Assembly: GCA_964057225.1 (NCBI GenBank)
Contig: OZ059895.1
Span: forward strand, 1,798,001-1,862,000
Length of the DNA: 64,000 bases
Direction of reading: 5' to 3'
Origin: Auanema rhodensis
Lineage: Eukaryota > Animalia > Nematoda
Shown: positions 11,101-26,300 of the stretch, in pieces
Position numbering within the stretch: position 1 is the first letter of the stretch
How the letters are laid out: the number at the start of each line of letters is the position of its first letter
The notes under the pieces: generated by a model
What the model was told of the DNA's origin: nothing
What the model saw: the letters and a program-made list of their open reading frames with translations, nothing else
Databases searched by the model: none
Translations under genes and position numbers: made by a program

Positions 11101-14100
11101 AACTCAACATACACTAATGCATCATTTTTCAAACGATCATAACTAATTTTTGTATCAAGCGTTTCTCGATGTAGTATAGTGCATTCGATGCGGATTTTTA
11201 AGCTGCGTCGATCTGTGTTATCAGATTTGCGCTAGCTTAAAAATGCACCGAGATATCAACTGATATAAGTTCACACTTATATCCTCGATTTTCACCCTGA
11301 AGAATTAATTTTTTCGTTGAATAACATTGTCCATCGTCTTTGCCTTGAAAAATGGAATCTAAAAACATCTAATTTTTGCTAAATTATTTTGAAATTTTTC
11401 GAAAAAATTTTTGTCAAAATGTTTTTGGAAGCAATGTTGAGTGTACATGGAAACTCAACATACACTAATGCATCATTTTTCAAACGATCATAACTATTTT
11501 TTGTATCAAGCGTTTCTCAATGTAGTATAGTGCATTCGATGCGGATTTTTAAGCTGCGGCGATCTGTGTTATCAGATTTGCGCTAACTTAAAAATGCACC
11601 GAGATATCAACTGATATAAGTTCACACTTATATCCTCGATTTTCACCCTGAAGAATTAATTTTTTCGTTGAATAACATTGTCCATCGTCTTTGCCTTGAA
11701 AAATAGAATCTAAAAACATCTACTTTTTGCTAAATTATTTTGAAATTTTTCGAAAAAATTTTTGTCAAAATGTTTTTGGAAGCAATGTTGAGTGTACATG
11801 GAAACTCAACATACACTAATGCATCATTTTTCAAACGATCATAACTAATTTTTGTATCAAACGTTTCTCAATGTAGTATAGTGCATTCGATGCGGATTTT
11901 TAAGCTGCGTCGATCTGTGTTATCAGATTTGCGCTAGCTTAAAAATGCACCGAGATATCAACTGATATAAGTTCACACTTATATCCTCGATTTTCACCCT
12001 GAAGAATTAATTTTTTCGTTGAATAACATCGTCCATCGTCTTTGCCTTGAAAAATGGAATCTAAAAACATCTACTTTTTGCTAAATTATTTTGAAATTTT
12101 TCGAAAAAATTTTTGTCAAAATGTTTTTGGAAGCAATGTTGAGTGTACATGGAAACTCAACATACACTAATGCATCATTTTTCAAACGATCATAACTAAT
12201 TTTTGTATTAAGCGTTTCTCAATGTAGTATAGTGCATTCGATGCGGATTTTTAAGCTGCGTCGATCTGTGTTATCAGATTTGCGCTAGCTTAAAAATGCA
12301 CCGAGATATCAACTGATATAAGTTCACACTTATATCCTCGATTTTCACCCTGAAGAATTAATTTTTTCGTTGAATAACATCGTCCATCGTCTTTGCCTTG
12401 AAAAATGGAATCTAAAAACATCTACTTTTTGCTAAATTATTTTGAAATTTTTCGAAAAAATTTTTGTCAAAATGTTTTTGGAAGCAATGTTGAGTGTACA
12501 TGGAAACTCAACATACACTAATGCATCATTTTTCAAACGATCATAACTAATTTTTGTATTAAGCGTTTCTCAATGTAGTATAGTGCATTCGATGCGGATT
12601 TTTAAGCTGCGTCGATCTGTGTTATCAGATTTGCGCTAGCTTAAAAATGCACCGAGATATCAACTGATATAAGTTCACACTTATATCCTCGATTTTCACC
12701 CTGAAGAATTAATTTTTTCGTTGAATAACATTGTCCATCGTCTTTGCCTTGAAAAATGGAATCTAAAAACATCTAATTTTTGCTAAATTATTTTGAAATT
12801 TTTCGAAAAAATTTTTGTCAAAATGTTTTTGGAAGCAATGTTGAGTGTACATGGAAACTCAACATACACTAATGCATCATTTTTCAAACGATCATAACTA
12901 ATTTGTGTATTAAGCGTTTCTCAATGTAGTATAGTGCATTCGATGCGGATTTTTGAGCTGCGTCGATCTGTGTTATCAGATTTGCGCTAGCTTAAAAATG
13001 CACCGAGATATCAACTGATATAAGTTCACACTTATATCCTCGATTTTCACCCTGAAGAATTAATTTTTTCGTTGAATAACATTGTCTATCGTCTTTGCCT
13101 TGAAAAATGGAATCTAAAAACATCTATTTTTTGCTAAATTATTTTGAAATTTTTCGAAAAAATTTTTGTCAAAATGTTTTTGGAAGCAATGTTGAGTGTA
13201 CATGGAAACTCAACATACACTAATGCATCATTTTTCAAACGATCATAACTAATTTTTGTATCAAGCGTTTCTCGATGTAGTATAGTGCATTCGATGCGGA
13301 TTTTTAAGCTGCGTCGATCTGTGTTATCAGATTTGCGCTAGCTTAAAAATGCACCGAGATATCAACTGATATAAGTTCACACTTATATCCTCGATTTTCA
13401 CCCTGAAGAATTAATTTTTTCGTTGAATAACATTGTCCATCGTCTTTGCTTTGAAAAATGGAATCTAAAAACATCTAATTTTTGCTAAATTATTTTGAAA
13501 TTTTTCGAAAAAATTTTTGTCAAAATGTTTTTGGAAGCAATGTTGAGTGTACATGGAAACTCAACATACACTAATGCATCATTTTTCAAACGATCATAAC
13601 TAATTTGTGTATTAAGCGTTTCTCAATGTAGTATAGTGCATTCGATGCGGATTTTTGAGCTGCGTCGATCTGTGTTATCAGATTTGCGCTAGCTTAAAAA
13701 TGCACCGAGATATCAACTGATATAAGTTCACACTTATATCCTCGATTTTCACCCTGAAGAATTAATTTTTTCGTTGAATAACATTGTCTATCGTCTTTGC
13801 CTTGAAAAATGGAATCTAAAAACATCTATTTTTTGCTAAATTATTTTGAAATTTTTCGAAAAAATTTTTGTCAAAATGTTTTTGGAAGCAATGTTGAGTG
13901 TACATGGAAACTCAACATACACTAATGCATCATTTTTCAAACGATCATAACTAATTTGTGTATTAAGCGTTTCTCAATGTAGTATAGTGCATTCGATGCG
14001 GATTTTTGAGCTGCGTCGATCTGTGTTATCAGATTTGCGCTAGCTTAAAAATGCACCGAGATATCAACTGATATAAGTTCACACTTATATCCTCGATTTT

Positions 14101-16861
14101 CACCCTGAAGAATTAATTTTTTCGTTGAATAACATTGTCTATCGTCTTTGCCTTGAAAAATGGAATCTAAAAACATCTAATTTTTGCTAAATTATTTTGA
14201 AATTTTTCGAAAAAATTTTTGTCAAAATGTTTTTGGAAGCAATGTTGAGTGTACATGGAAACTCAACATACACTAATGCATCATTTTTCAAACGATCATA
14301 ACTAATTTGTGTATTAAGCGTTTCTCAATGTAGTATAGTGCATTCGATGCGGATTTTTGAGCTGCGTCGATCTGTGTTATCAGATTTGCGCTAGCTTAAA
14401 AATGCACCGAGATATCAACTGATATAAGTTCACACTTATATCCTCGATTTTCACCCTGAAGAATTAATTTTTTCGTTGAATAACATTGTCCATCGTCTTT
14501 GCCTTGAAAAATGGAATCTAAAAACATCTAATTTTTGCTAAATTATTTTGAAATTTTTCGAAAAAATTTTTGTCAAAATGTTTTTGGAAGCAATGTTGAG
14601 TGTACATGGAAACTCAACATACACTAATGCATCATTTTTCAAACGATCATAACTAATTTGTGTATTAAGCGTTTCTCAATGTAGTATAGTGCATTCGATG
14701 CGGATTTTTGAGCTGCGTCGATCTGTGTTATCAGATTTGCGCTAGCTTAAAAATGCACCGAGATATCAACTGATATAAGTTCACACTTATATCCTCGATT
14801 TTCACCCTGAAGAATTAATTTTTTCGTTGAATAACATTGTCTATCGTCTTTGCCTTGAAAAATGGAATCTAAAAACATCTACTTTTTGCTAAATTATTTT
14901 GAAATTTTTCGAAAAAATTTTTGTCAAAATGTTTTTGGAAGCAATGTTGAGTGTACATGGAAACTCAACATACACTAATGCATCATTTTTCAAACGATCA
15001 TAACTAATTTTTGTATTAAGCGTTTCTCAATGTAGTATAGTGCATTCGATGCGGATTTTTAAGCTGCGTCGATCTGTGTTATCAGATTTGCGCTAGCTTG
15101 AAAATGCACCGAGATATCAACTGATATAAGTTCACACTTATATCCTCGATTTTCACCCTGAAGAATTAATTTTTTCGTTGAATAACATTGTCCATCGTTT
15201 TTGCCTTGAAAAAAGGAATCTAAAAACATCTACTTTTTGCTAAATTATTTTGAAATTTTTCGAAAAAATTTTTGTCAAAATGTTTTTGGAAGCAATGTTG
15301 AGTGTACATGGAAACTCAACATACACTAATGAATCATTTTTCAAACGATCATAACTAATTTTTGTATTAAGCGTTTTTCAATGTAGTATAGTGCATTCGA
15401 TGCGGATTTTTAAGCTGCGTCGATCTGTGTTATCAGATTTGCGCTAGCTTAAAAATGCACCGAGATATCAACTGATATAAGTTCACACTTATATCCTCGA
15501 TTTTCACCCTGAAGAATTAATTTTTTCGTTGAATAACATTGTCCATCGTCTTTGCCTTGAAAAATGGAATCTAAAAACATCTAATTTTTGCTAAATTATT
15601 TTGAAATTTTTCGAAAAAATTTTTGTCAAAATGTTTTTGGAAGCAATGTTGAGTGTACATGGAAACTCAACATACACTAATGCATCATTTTTCAAACGAT
15701 CATAACTAATTTTTGTATCAAGCGTTTCTCAATGTAGTATAGTGCATTCGATGCGGATTTTTAAGCTGCGGCGATCTGTGTTATCAGATTTGCGCTAACT
15801 TAAAAATGCACCGAGATATCAACTGATATAAGTTCACACTTATATCCTCGATTTTCACCCTGAAGAATTAATTTTTTCGTTGAATAACATTGTCCATCGT
15901 CTTTGCCTTGAAAAATAGAATCTAAAAACATCTACTTTTTGCTAAATTATTTTGAAATTTTTCGAAAAAATTTTTGTCAAAATGTTTTTGGAAGCAATGT
16001 TGAGTGTACATGGAAACTCAACATACACTAATGCATCATTTTTCAAACGATCATAACTAATTTTTGTATCAAACGTTTCTCAATGTAGTATAGTGCATTC
16101 GATGCGGATTTTTAAGCTGCGTCGATCTGTGTTATCAGATTTGCGCTAGCTTAAAAATGCACCGAGATATCAACTGATATAAGTTCACACTTATATCCTC
16201 GATTTTCACCCTGAAGAATTAATTTTTTCGTTGAATAACATCGTCCATCGTCTTTGCCTTGAAAAATGGAATCTAAAAACATCTACTTTTTGCTAAATTA
16301 TTTTGAAATTTTTCGAAAAAATTTTTGTCAAAATGTTTTTGGAAGCAATGTTGAGTGTACATGGAAACTCAACATACACTAATGCATCATTTTTCAAACG
16401 ATCATAACTAATTTTTGTATCAAACGTTTCTCAATGTAGTATAGTGCATTCGATGCGGATTTTTAAGCTGCGTCGATCTGTGTTATCAGATTTGCGCTAG
16501 CTTAAAAATGCACCGAGATATCAACTGATATAAGTTCACACTTATATCCTCGATTTTCACCCTGAAGAATTAATTTTTTCGTTGAATAACATCGTCCATC
16601 GTCTTTGCCTTGAAAGATGGAATCTAAAAACATCTACTTTTTGCTAAATTATTTTAAAATTTTTCGAAAAAATTTTTGTCAAAATGTTTTTGGAAGCAAT
16701 GTTGAGTGTACATGGAAACTCAACATACACTAATGCATCATTTTTCAAACGATCATAACTAATTTTTGTATTAAGCGTTTCTCAATGTAGTATAGTGCAT
16801 TCGATGCGGATTTTTAAGCTGCGTCGATCTGTGTTATCAGATTTGCGCTAGCTTAAAAATG

Positions 16862-18967
16862 CACCGAGATATCAACTGATATAAGTTCACACTTATATCC
16901 TCGATTTTCACCCTGAAGAATTAATTTTTTCGTTGAATAACATTGTCCATCGTTTTTGCCTTGTAAAAAGGAATCTAAAAACATCTACTTTTTGCTAAAT
17001 TATTTTGAAATTTTTAGAAAAAATTTTTGTCAAAATGTTTTTGGAAGCAATGTTGAGTGTACATGGAAACTCAACATACACTAATGAATCATTTTTCAAA
17101 CGATCATAACTAATTTTTGTATTAAGCGTTTTTCAATGTAGTATAGTGCATTCGATGCGGATTTTTAAGCTGCGTCGATCTGTGTTATCAGATTTGCGCT
17201 AGCTTAAAAATGCACCGAGATATCAACTGATATAAGTTCACACTTATATCCTCGATTTTCACCCTGAAGAATTAATTTTTTCGTTGAATAACATTGTCCA
17301 TCGTCTTTGCCTTGAAAAATGGAATCTAAAAACATCTACTTTTTGCTAAATTATTTTGAAATTTTTCGAAAAAATTTTTGTCAAAATGTTTTTGGAAGCA
17401 ATGTTGAGTGTACATGGAAACTCAACATACACTAATGCATCATTTTTCAAACGATCATAACTAATTTTTGTATCAAACGTTTCTCAATGTAGTATAGTGC
17501 ATTCGATGCGAATTTTTAAGCTGCGTCGATCTGTGTTATCAGATTTGCGCTAGCTTAAAAATGCACCGAGATATCAACTGATATAAGTTCACACTTATAT
17601 CCTCGATTTTCACCCTGAAGAATTAATTTTTTCGTTGAATAACATTGTCCATCGTCTTTGCCTTGAAAAATGGAATCTAAAAACATCTACTTTTTGCTAA
17701 ATTATTTTGAAATTTTTCGAAAAAATTTTTGTCAAAATGTTTTTGGAAGCAATGTTGAGTGTACATGGACACTCAACATACACTAATGCATCATTTTTCA
17801 AACGATCATAACTAATTTTTGTATCAAGCGTTTCTCGATGTAGTATAGTGCATTCGATGCGGATTTTTAAGCTGCGTCGATCTGTGTTATCAGATTTGCG
17901 CTAGCTTAAAAATGCACCGAGATATCAACTGATATAAGTTCACACTTATATCCTCGATTTTCACCCTGAAGAATTAATTTTTTCGTTGAATAACATTGTC
18001 CATCGTTTTTGCCTTGTAAAAAGGAATCTAAAAACATCTACTTTTTGCTAAATTATTTTGAAATTTTTAGAAAAAATTTTTGTCAAAATGTTTTTGGAAG
18101 CAATGTTGAGTGTACATGGAAACTCAACATACACTAATGAATCATTTTTCAAACGATCATAACTAATTTTTGTATTAAGCGTTTTTCAATGTAGTATAGT
18201 GCATTCGATGCGGATTTTTAAGCTGCGTCGATCTGTGTTATCAGATTTGCGCTAGCTTAAAAATGCACCGAGATATCAACTGATATAAGTTCACACTTAT
18301 ATCCTCGATTTTCACCCTGAAGAATTAATTTTTTCGTTGAATAACATTGTCCATCGTCTTTGCCTTGAAAAATGGAATCTAAAAACATCTACTTTTTGCT
18401 AAATTATTTTGAAATTTTTCGAAAAAATTTTTGTCAAAATGTTTTTGGAAGCAATGTTGAGTGTACATGGAAACTCAACATACACTAATGCATCATTTTT
18501 CAAACGATCATAACTAATTTTTGTATCAAACGTTTCTCAATGTAGTATAGTGCATTCGATGCGAATTTTTAAGCTGCGTCGATCTGTGTTATCAGATTTG
18601 CGCTAGCTTAAAAATGCACCGAGATATCAACTGATATAAGTTCACACTTATATCCTCGATTTTCACCCTGAAGAATTAATTTTTTCGTTGAATAACATTG
18701 TCCATCGTCTTTGCCTTGAAAAATGGAATCTAAAAACATCTACTTTTTGCTAAATTATTTTGAAATTTTTCGAAAAAATTTTTGTCAAAATGTTTTTGGA
18801 AGCAATGTTGAGTGTACATGGACACTCAACATACACTAATGCATCATTTTTCAAACGATCATAACTAATTTTTGTATCAAGCGTTTCTCGATGTAGTATA
18901 GTGCATTCGATGCGGATTTTTAAGCTGCGTCGATCTGTGTTATCAGATTTGCGCTAGCTTAAAAATG
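16862..18967. repeat. Tandem duplication of a 3-monomer (1053-bp) unit
   Basis: Monomers 49-51 and 52-54 share the rare variants TTGTAAAAAGG, TTTTTAGAAA, TAATGAATC, GCGAATTTT and CATGGACACT at an exact 1053-bp offset. Confidence 0.93.
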
Positions 18968-20371
18968 CACCGAGATATCAACTGATATAAGTTCACACTT
19001 ATATCCTCGATTTTCACCCTGAAGAATTAATTTTTTCGTTGAATAACATTGTCCATCGTCTTTGCCTTGAAAAATGAAATCTAAAAACATCTACTTTTTG
19101 CTAAATTATTTTGAAATTTTTCGAAAAAATTTTTGTCAAAATGTTTTTGGAAGCAATGTTGAGTGTACATGGAAACTCAACATACACTAATGCATCATTT
19201 TTCAAACAATCATAACTAATTTGTGTATTAAGCGTTTCTCAATGTAGTATAGTGCATTCGATGCGGATTTTTGAGCTGCGTCGATCTGTGTTATCAGATT
19301 TGCGCTAGCTTAAAAATGCACCGAGATATCAACTGATATAAGTTCACACTTATATCCTCGATTTTCACCCTGAAGAATTAATTTTTTCGTTGAATAACAT
19401 TGTCTATCGTCTTTGCCTTGAAAAATGGAATCTAAAAACATCTATTTTTTGCTAAATTATTTTGAAATTTTTCGAAAAAATTTTTGTCAAAATGTTTTTG
19501 GAAGCAATGTTGAGTGTACATGGAAACTCAACATACACTAATGCATCATTTTTCAAACGATCATAACTAATTTTTGTATCAAGCGTTTCTCGATGTAGTA
19601 TAGTGCATTCGATGCGGATTTTTAAGCTGCGTCGATCTGTGTTATCAGATTTGCGCTAGCTTAAAAATGCACCGAGATATCAACTGATATAAGTTCACAC
19701 TTATATCCTCGATTTTCACCCTGAAGAATTAATTTTTTCGTTGAATAACATTGTCCATCGTCTTTGCCTTGAAAAATGGAATCTAAAAACATCTAATTTT
19801 TGCTAAATTATTTTGAAATTTTTCGAAAAAATTTTTGTCAAAATGTTTTTGGAAGCAATGTTGAGTGTACATGGAAACTCAACATACACTAATGCATCAT
19901 TTTTCAAACGATCATAACTAATTTTTGTATCAAGCGTTTCTCAATGTAGTATAGTGCATTCGATGCGGATTTTTAAGCTGCGGCGATCTGTGTTATCAGA
20001 TTTGCGCTAACTTAAAAATGCACCGAGATATCAACTGATATAAGTTCACACTTATATCCTCGATTTTCACCCTGAAGAATTAATTTTTTCGTTGAATAAC
20101 ATTGTCCATCGTCTTTGCCTTGAAAAATAGAATCTGAAAACATCTACTTTTTGCTAAATTATTTTGAAATTTTTCGAAAAAATTTTTGTCAAAATGTTTT
20201 TGGAAGCAATGTTGAGTGTACATGGAAACTCAACATACACTAATGCATCATTTTTCAAACGATCATAACTAATTTTTGTATCAAACGTTTCTCAATGTAG
20301 TATAGTGCATTCGATGCGGATTTTTAAGCTGCGTCGATCTGTGTTATCAGATTTGCGCTAGCTTAAAAATG

Positions 20372-23300
20372 CACCGAGATATCAACTGATATAAGTTCAC
20401 ACTTATATCCTCGATTTTCACCCTGAAGAATTAATTTTTTCGTTGAATAACATCGTCCATCGTCTTTGCCTTGAAAAATGGAATCTAAAAACATCTACTT
20501 TTTGCTAAATTATTTTGAAATTTTTCGAAAAAATTTTTGTCAAAATGTTTTTGGAAGCAATGTTGAGTGTACATGGAAACTCAACATACACTAATGCATC
20601 ATTTTTCAAACGATCATAACTAATTTTTGTATTAAGCGTTTCTCAATGTAGTATAGTGCATTCGATGCGGATTTTTAAGCTGCGTCGATCTGTGTTATCA
20701 GATTTGCGCTAGCTTGAAAATGCACCGAGATATCAACTGATATAAGTTCACACTTATATCCTCGATTTTCACCCTGAAGAATTAATTTTTTCGTTGAATA
20801 ACATTGTCCATCGTTTTTGCCTTGAAAAGAGGAATCTAAAAACATCTACTTTTTGCTAAATTATTTTGAAATTTTTCGAAAAAATTTTTGTCAAAATGTT
20901 TTTGGAAGCAATGTTGAGTGTACATGGAAACTCAACATACACTAATGCATCATTTTTCAAACGATCATAACTAATTTTTGTATTAAGCTTTTCTCAATGT
21001 AGTATAGTGCATTCGATGCGGATTTTTAAGCTGCGTCGATCTGTGTTATCAGATTTGCGCTAGCTTAAAAATGCACCGAGATATCAACTGATATAAGTTC
21101 ACACTTATATCCTCGATTTTCACCCTGAAGAATTAATTTTTTCGTTGAATAACATCGTCCATCGTCTTTGCCTTGAAAAATGGAATCTAAAAACATCTAC
21201 TTTTTGCTAAATTATTTTGAAATTTTTCGAAAAAATTTTTGTCAAAATGTTTTTGGAAGCAATGTTGAGTGTACATGGAAACTCAACATACACTAATGCA
21301 TCATTTTTCAAACGATCATAACTAATTTTTGTATTAAGCTTTTCTCAATGTAGTATAGTGCATTCGATGCGGATTTTTAAGCTGCGTCGATCTGTGTTAT
21401 CAGATTTGCGCTAGCTTAAAAATGCACCGAGATATCAACTGATATAAATTCACACTTATATCCTCGATTTTCACCCTGAAGAATTAATTTTTTCGTTGAA
21501 TAACATCGTCCATCGTCTTTGCCTTGAAAAATGGAATTTAAAAACATCTACTTTTTGCTAAATTATTTTGAAATTTTTCGAAAAAATTTTTGTCAAAATG
21601 TTTTTGGAAGCAATGTTGAGTGTACATGGAAACTCAACATACACTAATGCATCATTTTTCAAACGATCATAACTAATTTTTGTATTAAGCTTTTCTCAAT
21701 GTAGTATAGTGCATTCGATGCGGATTTTTAAGCTGCGTCGATCTGTGTTATCAGATTTGCGCTAGCTTAAAAATGCACCGAGATATCAACTGATATAAGT
21801 TCACACTTATATCCTCGATTTTCACCCTGAAGAATTAATTTTTTCGTTGAATAACATCGTCCATCGTCTTTGCCTTGAAAAATGGAATCTAAAAACATCT
21901 ACTTTTTGCTAAATTATTTTGAAATTTTTCGAAAAAATTTTTGTCAAAATGTTTTTGGAAGCAATGTTGAGTGTACATGGAAACTCAACATACACTAATG
22001 CATCATTTTTCAAACGATCATAACTAATTTTTGTATTAAGCTTTTCTCAATGTAGTATAGTGCATTCGATGCGGATTTTTAAGCTGCGTCGATCTGTGTT
22101 ATCAGATTTGCGCTAGCTTAAAAATGCACCGAGATATCAACTGATATAAGTTCACACTTATATCCTCGATTTTCACCCTGAAGAATTAATTTTTTCGTTG
22201 AATAACATCGTCCATCGTCTTTGCCTTAAAAAATGGAATCTAAAAACATCTACTTTTTGCTAAATTATTTTGAAATTTTTCGAAAAAATTTTTGTCAAAA
22301 TGTTTTTGGAAGCAATGTTGAGTGTACATGGAAACTCAACATACACTAATGCATCATTTTTCAAACGATCATAACTAATTTTTGTATTAAGCGTTTCTCA
22401 ATGTAGTATAGTGCATTCGATGCGGATTTTTAAGCTGCGTCGATCTGTGTTATCAGATTTGCGCTAGCTTAAAAATGAACCGAGATATCAACTGATATAA
22501 GTTCACACTTATATCCTCGATTTTCACCCTGAAGAATTAATTTTTTCGTTGAATAACATCGTCCATCGTCTTTGCCTTGAAAAATGGAATCTAAAAACAT
22601 CTACTTTTTGCTAAATTATTTTGAAATTTTTCGAAAAAATTTTTGTCAAAATGTTTTTGGAAGCAATGTTGAGTGTACATGGAAACTCAACATACACTAA
22701 TGCATCATTTTTCAAACGATTATAACTAATTTTTGTATTAAGCGTTTCTCAATGTAGTATAGTGCATTCGATGCGGATTTTTAAGCTGCGTCGATCTGTG
22801 TTATCAGATTTGCGCTAGCTTAAAAATGCACCGAGATATCAACTGATATAAGTTCACACTTATATCCTCGATTTTCACCCTGAAGAATTAATTTTTTCGT
22901 TGAATAACATCGTCCATCGTCTTTGCCTTGAAAAATGGAATCTAAAAACATCTACTTTTTGCTAAATTATTTTGAAATTTTTCGAAAAAATTTTTGTCAA
23001 AATGTTTTTGGAAGCAATGTTGAGTGTACATGGAAACTCAACATACACTAATGCATCATTTTTCAAACGATCATAACTAATTTTTGTATTAAACGTTTCT
23101 CAATGTAGTATAGTGCATTCGATGCGGATTTTTAAGCTGCGTCGATCTGTGTTATCAGATTTGCGCTAGCTTAAAAATGCACCGAGATATCAACTGATAT
23201 AAGTTCACACTTATATCCTCGATTTTCACCCTGAAGAATTAATTTTTTCGTTGAATAACATCGTCCATCGTCTTTGCCTTGAAAAATGGAATCTAAAAAC

Positions 23301-26300
23301 ATCTACTTTTTGCTAAATTATTTTGAAATTTTTCGAAAAAATTTTTGTCAAAATGTTTTTGGAAGCAATGTTGAGTGTACATGGAAACTCAACATACACT
23401 AATGCATCATTTTTCAAACGATCATAACAAATTTTGGTATCAAGCGTTTCTCAATGTAGTATAGTGCATTCGATGCGGATTTTTAAGCTGCGGCAATCTG
23501 TGTTATCAGATTTGCGCTAACTTAAAAATGCACCGAGATATCAACTGATATAAGTTCACACTTATATCCTCGATTTTCACCCTGAAGAATTAATTTTTTC
23601 GTTGAATAACATCGTCCATCGTCTTTGCCTTGAAAAATGGAATCTAAAAACATCTACTTTTTGCTAAATTATTTTGAAATTTTTCGAAAAAATTTTTGTC
23701 AAAATGTTTTTGGAAGCAATGTTGAGTGTACATGGAAACTCAACATACACTAATGCATCATTTTTCAAACGATCATAACTAATTTTTGTATTAAGCTTTT
23801 CTCAATGTAGTATAGTGCATTCGATGCGGATTTTTAAGCTGCGTCGATCTGTGTTATCAGATTTGCGCTAGCTTAAAAATGCACCGAGATATCAACTGAT
23901 ATAAGTTCACACTTATATCCTCGATTTTCACCCTGAAGAATTAATTTTTTCGTTGAATAACATCGTCCATCGTCTTTGCCTTGAAAAATGGAATCTAAAA
24001 ACATCTACGTTTTGCTAAATTATTTTGAAATTTTTCGAAAAAATTTTTGTCAAAATGTTTTTGGAAGCAATGTTGAGTGTACATGGAAACTCAACATACA
24101 CTAATGCATCATTTTTCAAACGATCATAACTAATTTTTGTATTAAACGTTTCTCAATGTAGTATAGTGCATTCGATGCGGATTTTTAAGCTGCGTCGATC
24201 TGTGTTATCAGATTTGCGCTAGCTTAAAAATGCACCGAGATATCAACTGATATAAGTTCACACTTATATCCTCGATTTTCACCCTGAAGAATTAATTTTT
24301 TCGTTGAATAACATCGTCCATCGTCTTTGCCTTGAAAAATGGAATCTAAAAACATCTACTTTTTGCTAAATTATTTTGAAATTTTTCGAAAAAATTTTTG
24401 TCAAAATGTTTTTGGAAGCAATGTTGAGTGTACATGGAAACTCAACATACACTAATGCATCATTTTTCAAACGATCATAACAAATTTTGGTATCAAGCGT
24501 TTCTCAATGTAGTATAGTGCATTCGATGCGGATTTTTAAGCTGCGGCAATCTGTGTTATCAGATTTGCGCTAACTTAAAAATGCACCGAGATATCAACTG
24601 ATATAAGTTCACACTTATATCCTCGATTTTCACCCTGAAGAATTAATTTTTTCGTTGAATAACATCGTCCATCGTCTTTGCCTTGAAAAATGGAATCTAA
24701 AAACATCTACTTTTTGCTAAATTATTTTGAAATTTTTCGAAAAAATTTTTGTCAAAATGTTTTTGGAAGCAATGTTGAGTGTACATGGAAACTCAACATA
24801 CACTAATGCATCATTTTTCAAACGATCATAACTAATTTTTGTATTAAGCTTTTCTCAATGTAGTATAGTGCATTCGATGCGGATTTTTAAGCTGCGTCGA
24901 TCTGTGTTATCAGATTTGCGCTAGCTTAAAAATGCACCGAGATATCAACTGATATAAGTTCACACTTATATCCTCGATTTTCACCCTGAAGAATTAATTT
25001 TTTCGTTGAATAACATCGTCCATCGTCTTTGCCTTGAAAAATGGAATCTAAAAACATCTACGTTTTGCTAAATTATTTTGAAATTTTTCGAAAAAATTTT
25101 TGTCAAAATGTTTTTGGAAGCAATGTTGAGTGTACATGGAAACTCAACATACACTAATGCATCATTTTTCAAACGATCATAACTAATTTTTGTATTAAGC
25201 GTTTCTCAATGTAGTATAGTGCATTCGATGCGGATTTTTAAGCTGCGTCGATCTGTGTTATCAGATTTGCGCTAGCTTAAAAATGCACCGAGATATCAAC
25301 TGATATAAGTTCACACTTATATCCTCGATTTTCACCCTGAAGAATTAATTTTTTCGTTGAATAACATCGTCCATCGTCTTTGCCTTAAAAAATGGAATCT
25401 AAAAACATCTACTTTTTGCTAAATTATTTTGAAATTTTTCGAAAAAATTTTTGTCAAAATGTTTTTGGAAGCAATGTTGAGTGTACATGGAAACTCAACA
25501 TACACTAATGCATCATTTTTCAAACGATCATAACTAATTTTTGTATTAAGCGTTTCTCAATGTAGTATAGTGCATTCGATGCGGATTTTTAAGCTGCGTC
25601 GATCTGTGTTATCAGATTTGCGCTAGCTTAAAAATGAACCGAGATATCAACTGATATAAGTTCACACTTATATCCTCGATTTTCACCCTGAAGAATTAAT
25701 TTTTTCGTTGAATAACATCGTCCATCGTCTTTGCCTTGAAAAATGGAATCTAAAAACATCTACTTTTTGCTAAATTATTTTGAAATTTTTCGAAAAAATT
25801 TTTGTCAAAATGTTTTTGGAAGCAATGTTGAGTGTACATGGAAACTCAACATACACTAATGCATCATTTTTCAAACGATTATAACTAATTTTTGTATCAA
25901 GCGTTTCTCAATGTAGTATAGTGCATTCGATGCGGATTTTTAAGCTGCGTCGATCTGTGTTATCAGATTTGCGCTAGCTTAAAAATGCACCGAGATATCA
26001 ACTGATATAAGTTCACACTTATATCCTCGATTTTCACCCTGAAGAATTAATTTTTTCGTTGAATAACATCGTCCATCGTCTTTGCCTTGAAAAATGGAAT
26101 CTAAAAACATCTACTTTTTGCTAAATTATTTTGAAATTTTTCGAAAAAATTTTTGTCAAAATGTTTTTGGAAGCAATGTTGAGTGTACATGGAAACTCAA
26201 CATACACTAATGCATCATTTTTCAAACGATCATAACTAATTTTTGTATTAAACGTTTCTCAATGTAGTATAGTGCATTCGATGCGGATTTTTAAGCTGCG

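Larger units (their letters stand above)
1..20371. repeat. Array domain I (monomers 1-58): more heterogeneous subfamily
   Basis: Variants C87T, C127T/A, T256G, A274G, A306G, G109A and all four indels are seen only here; G267T is absent. Confidence 0.8.
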
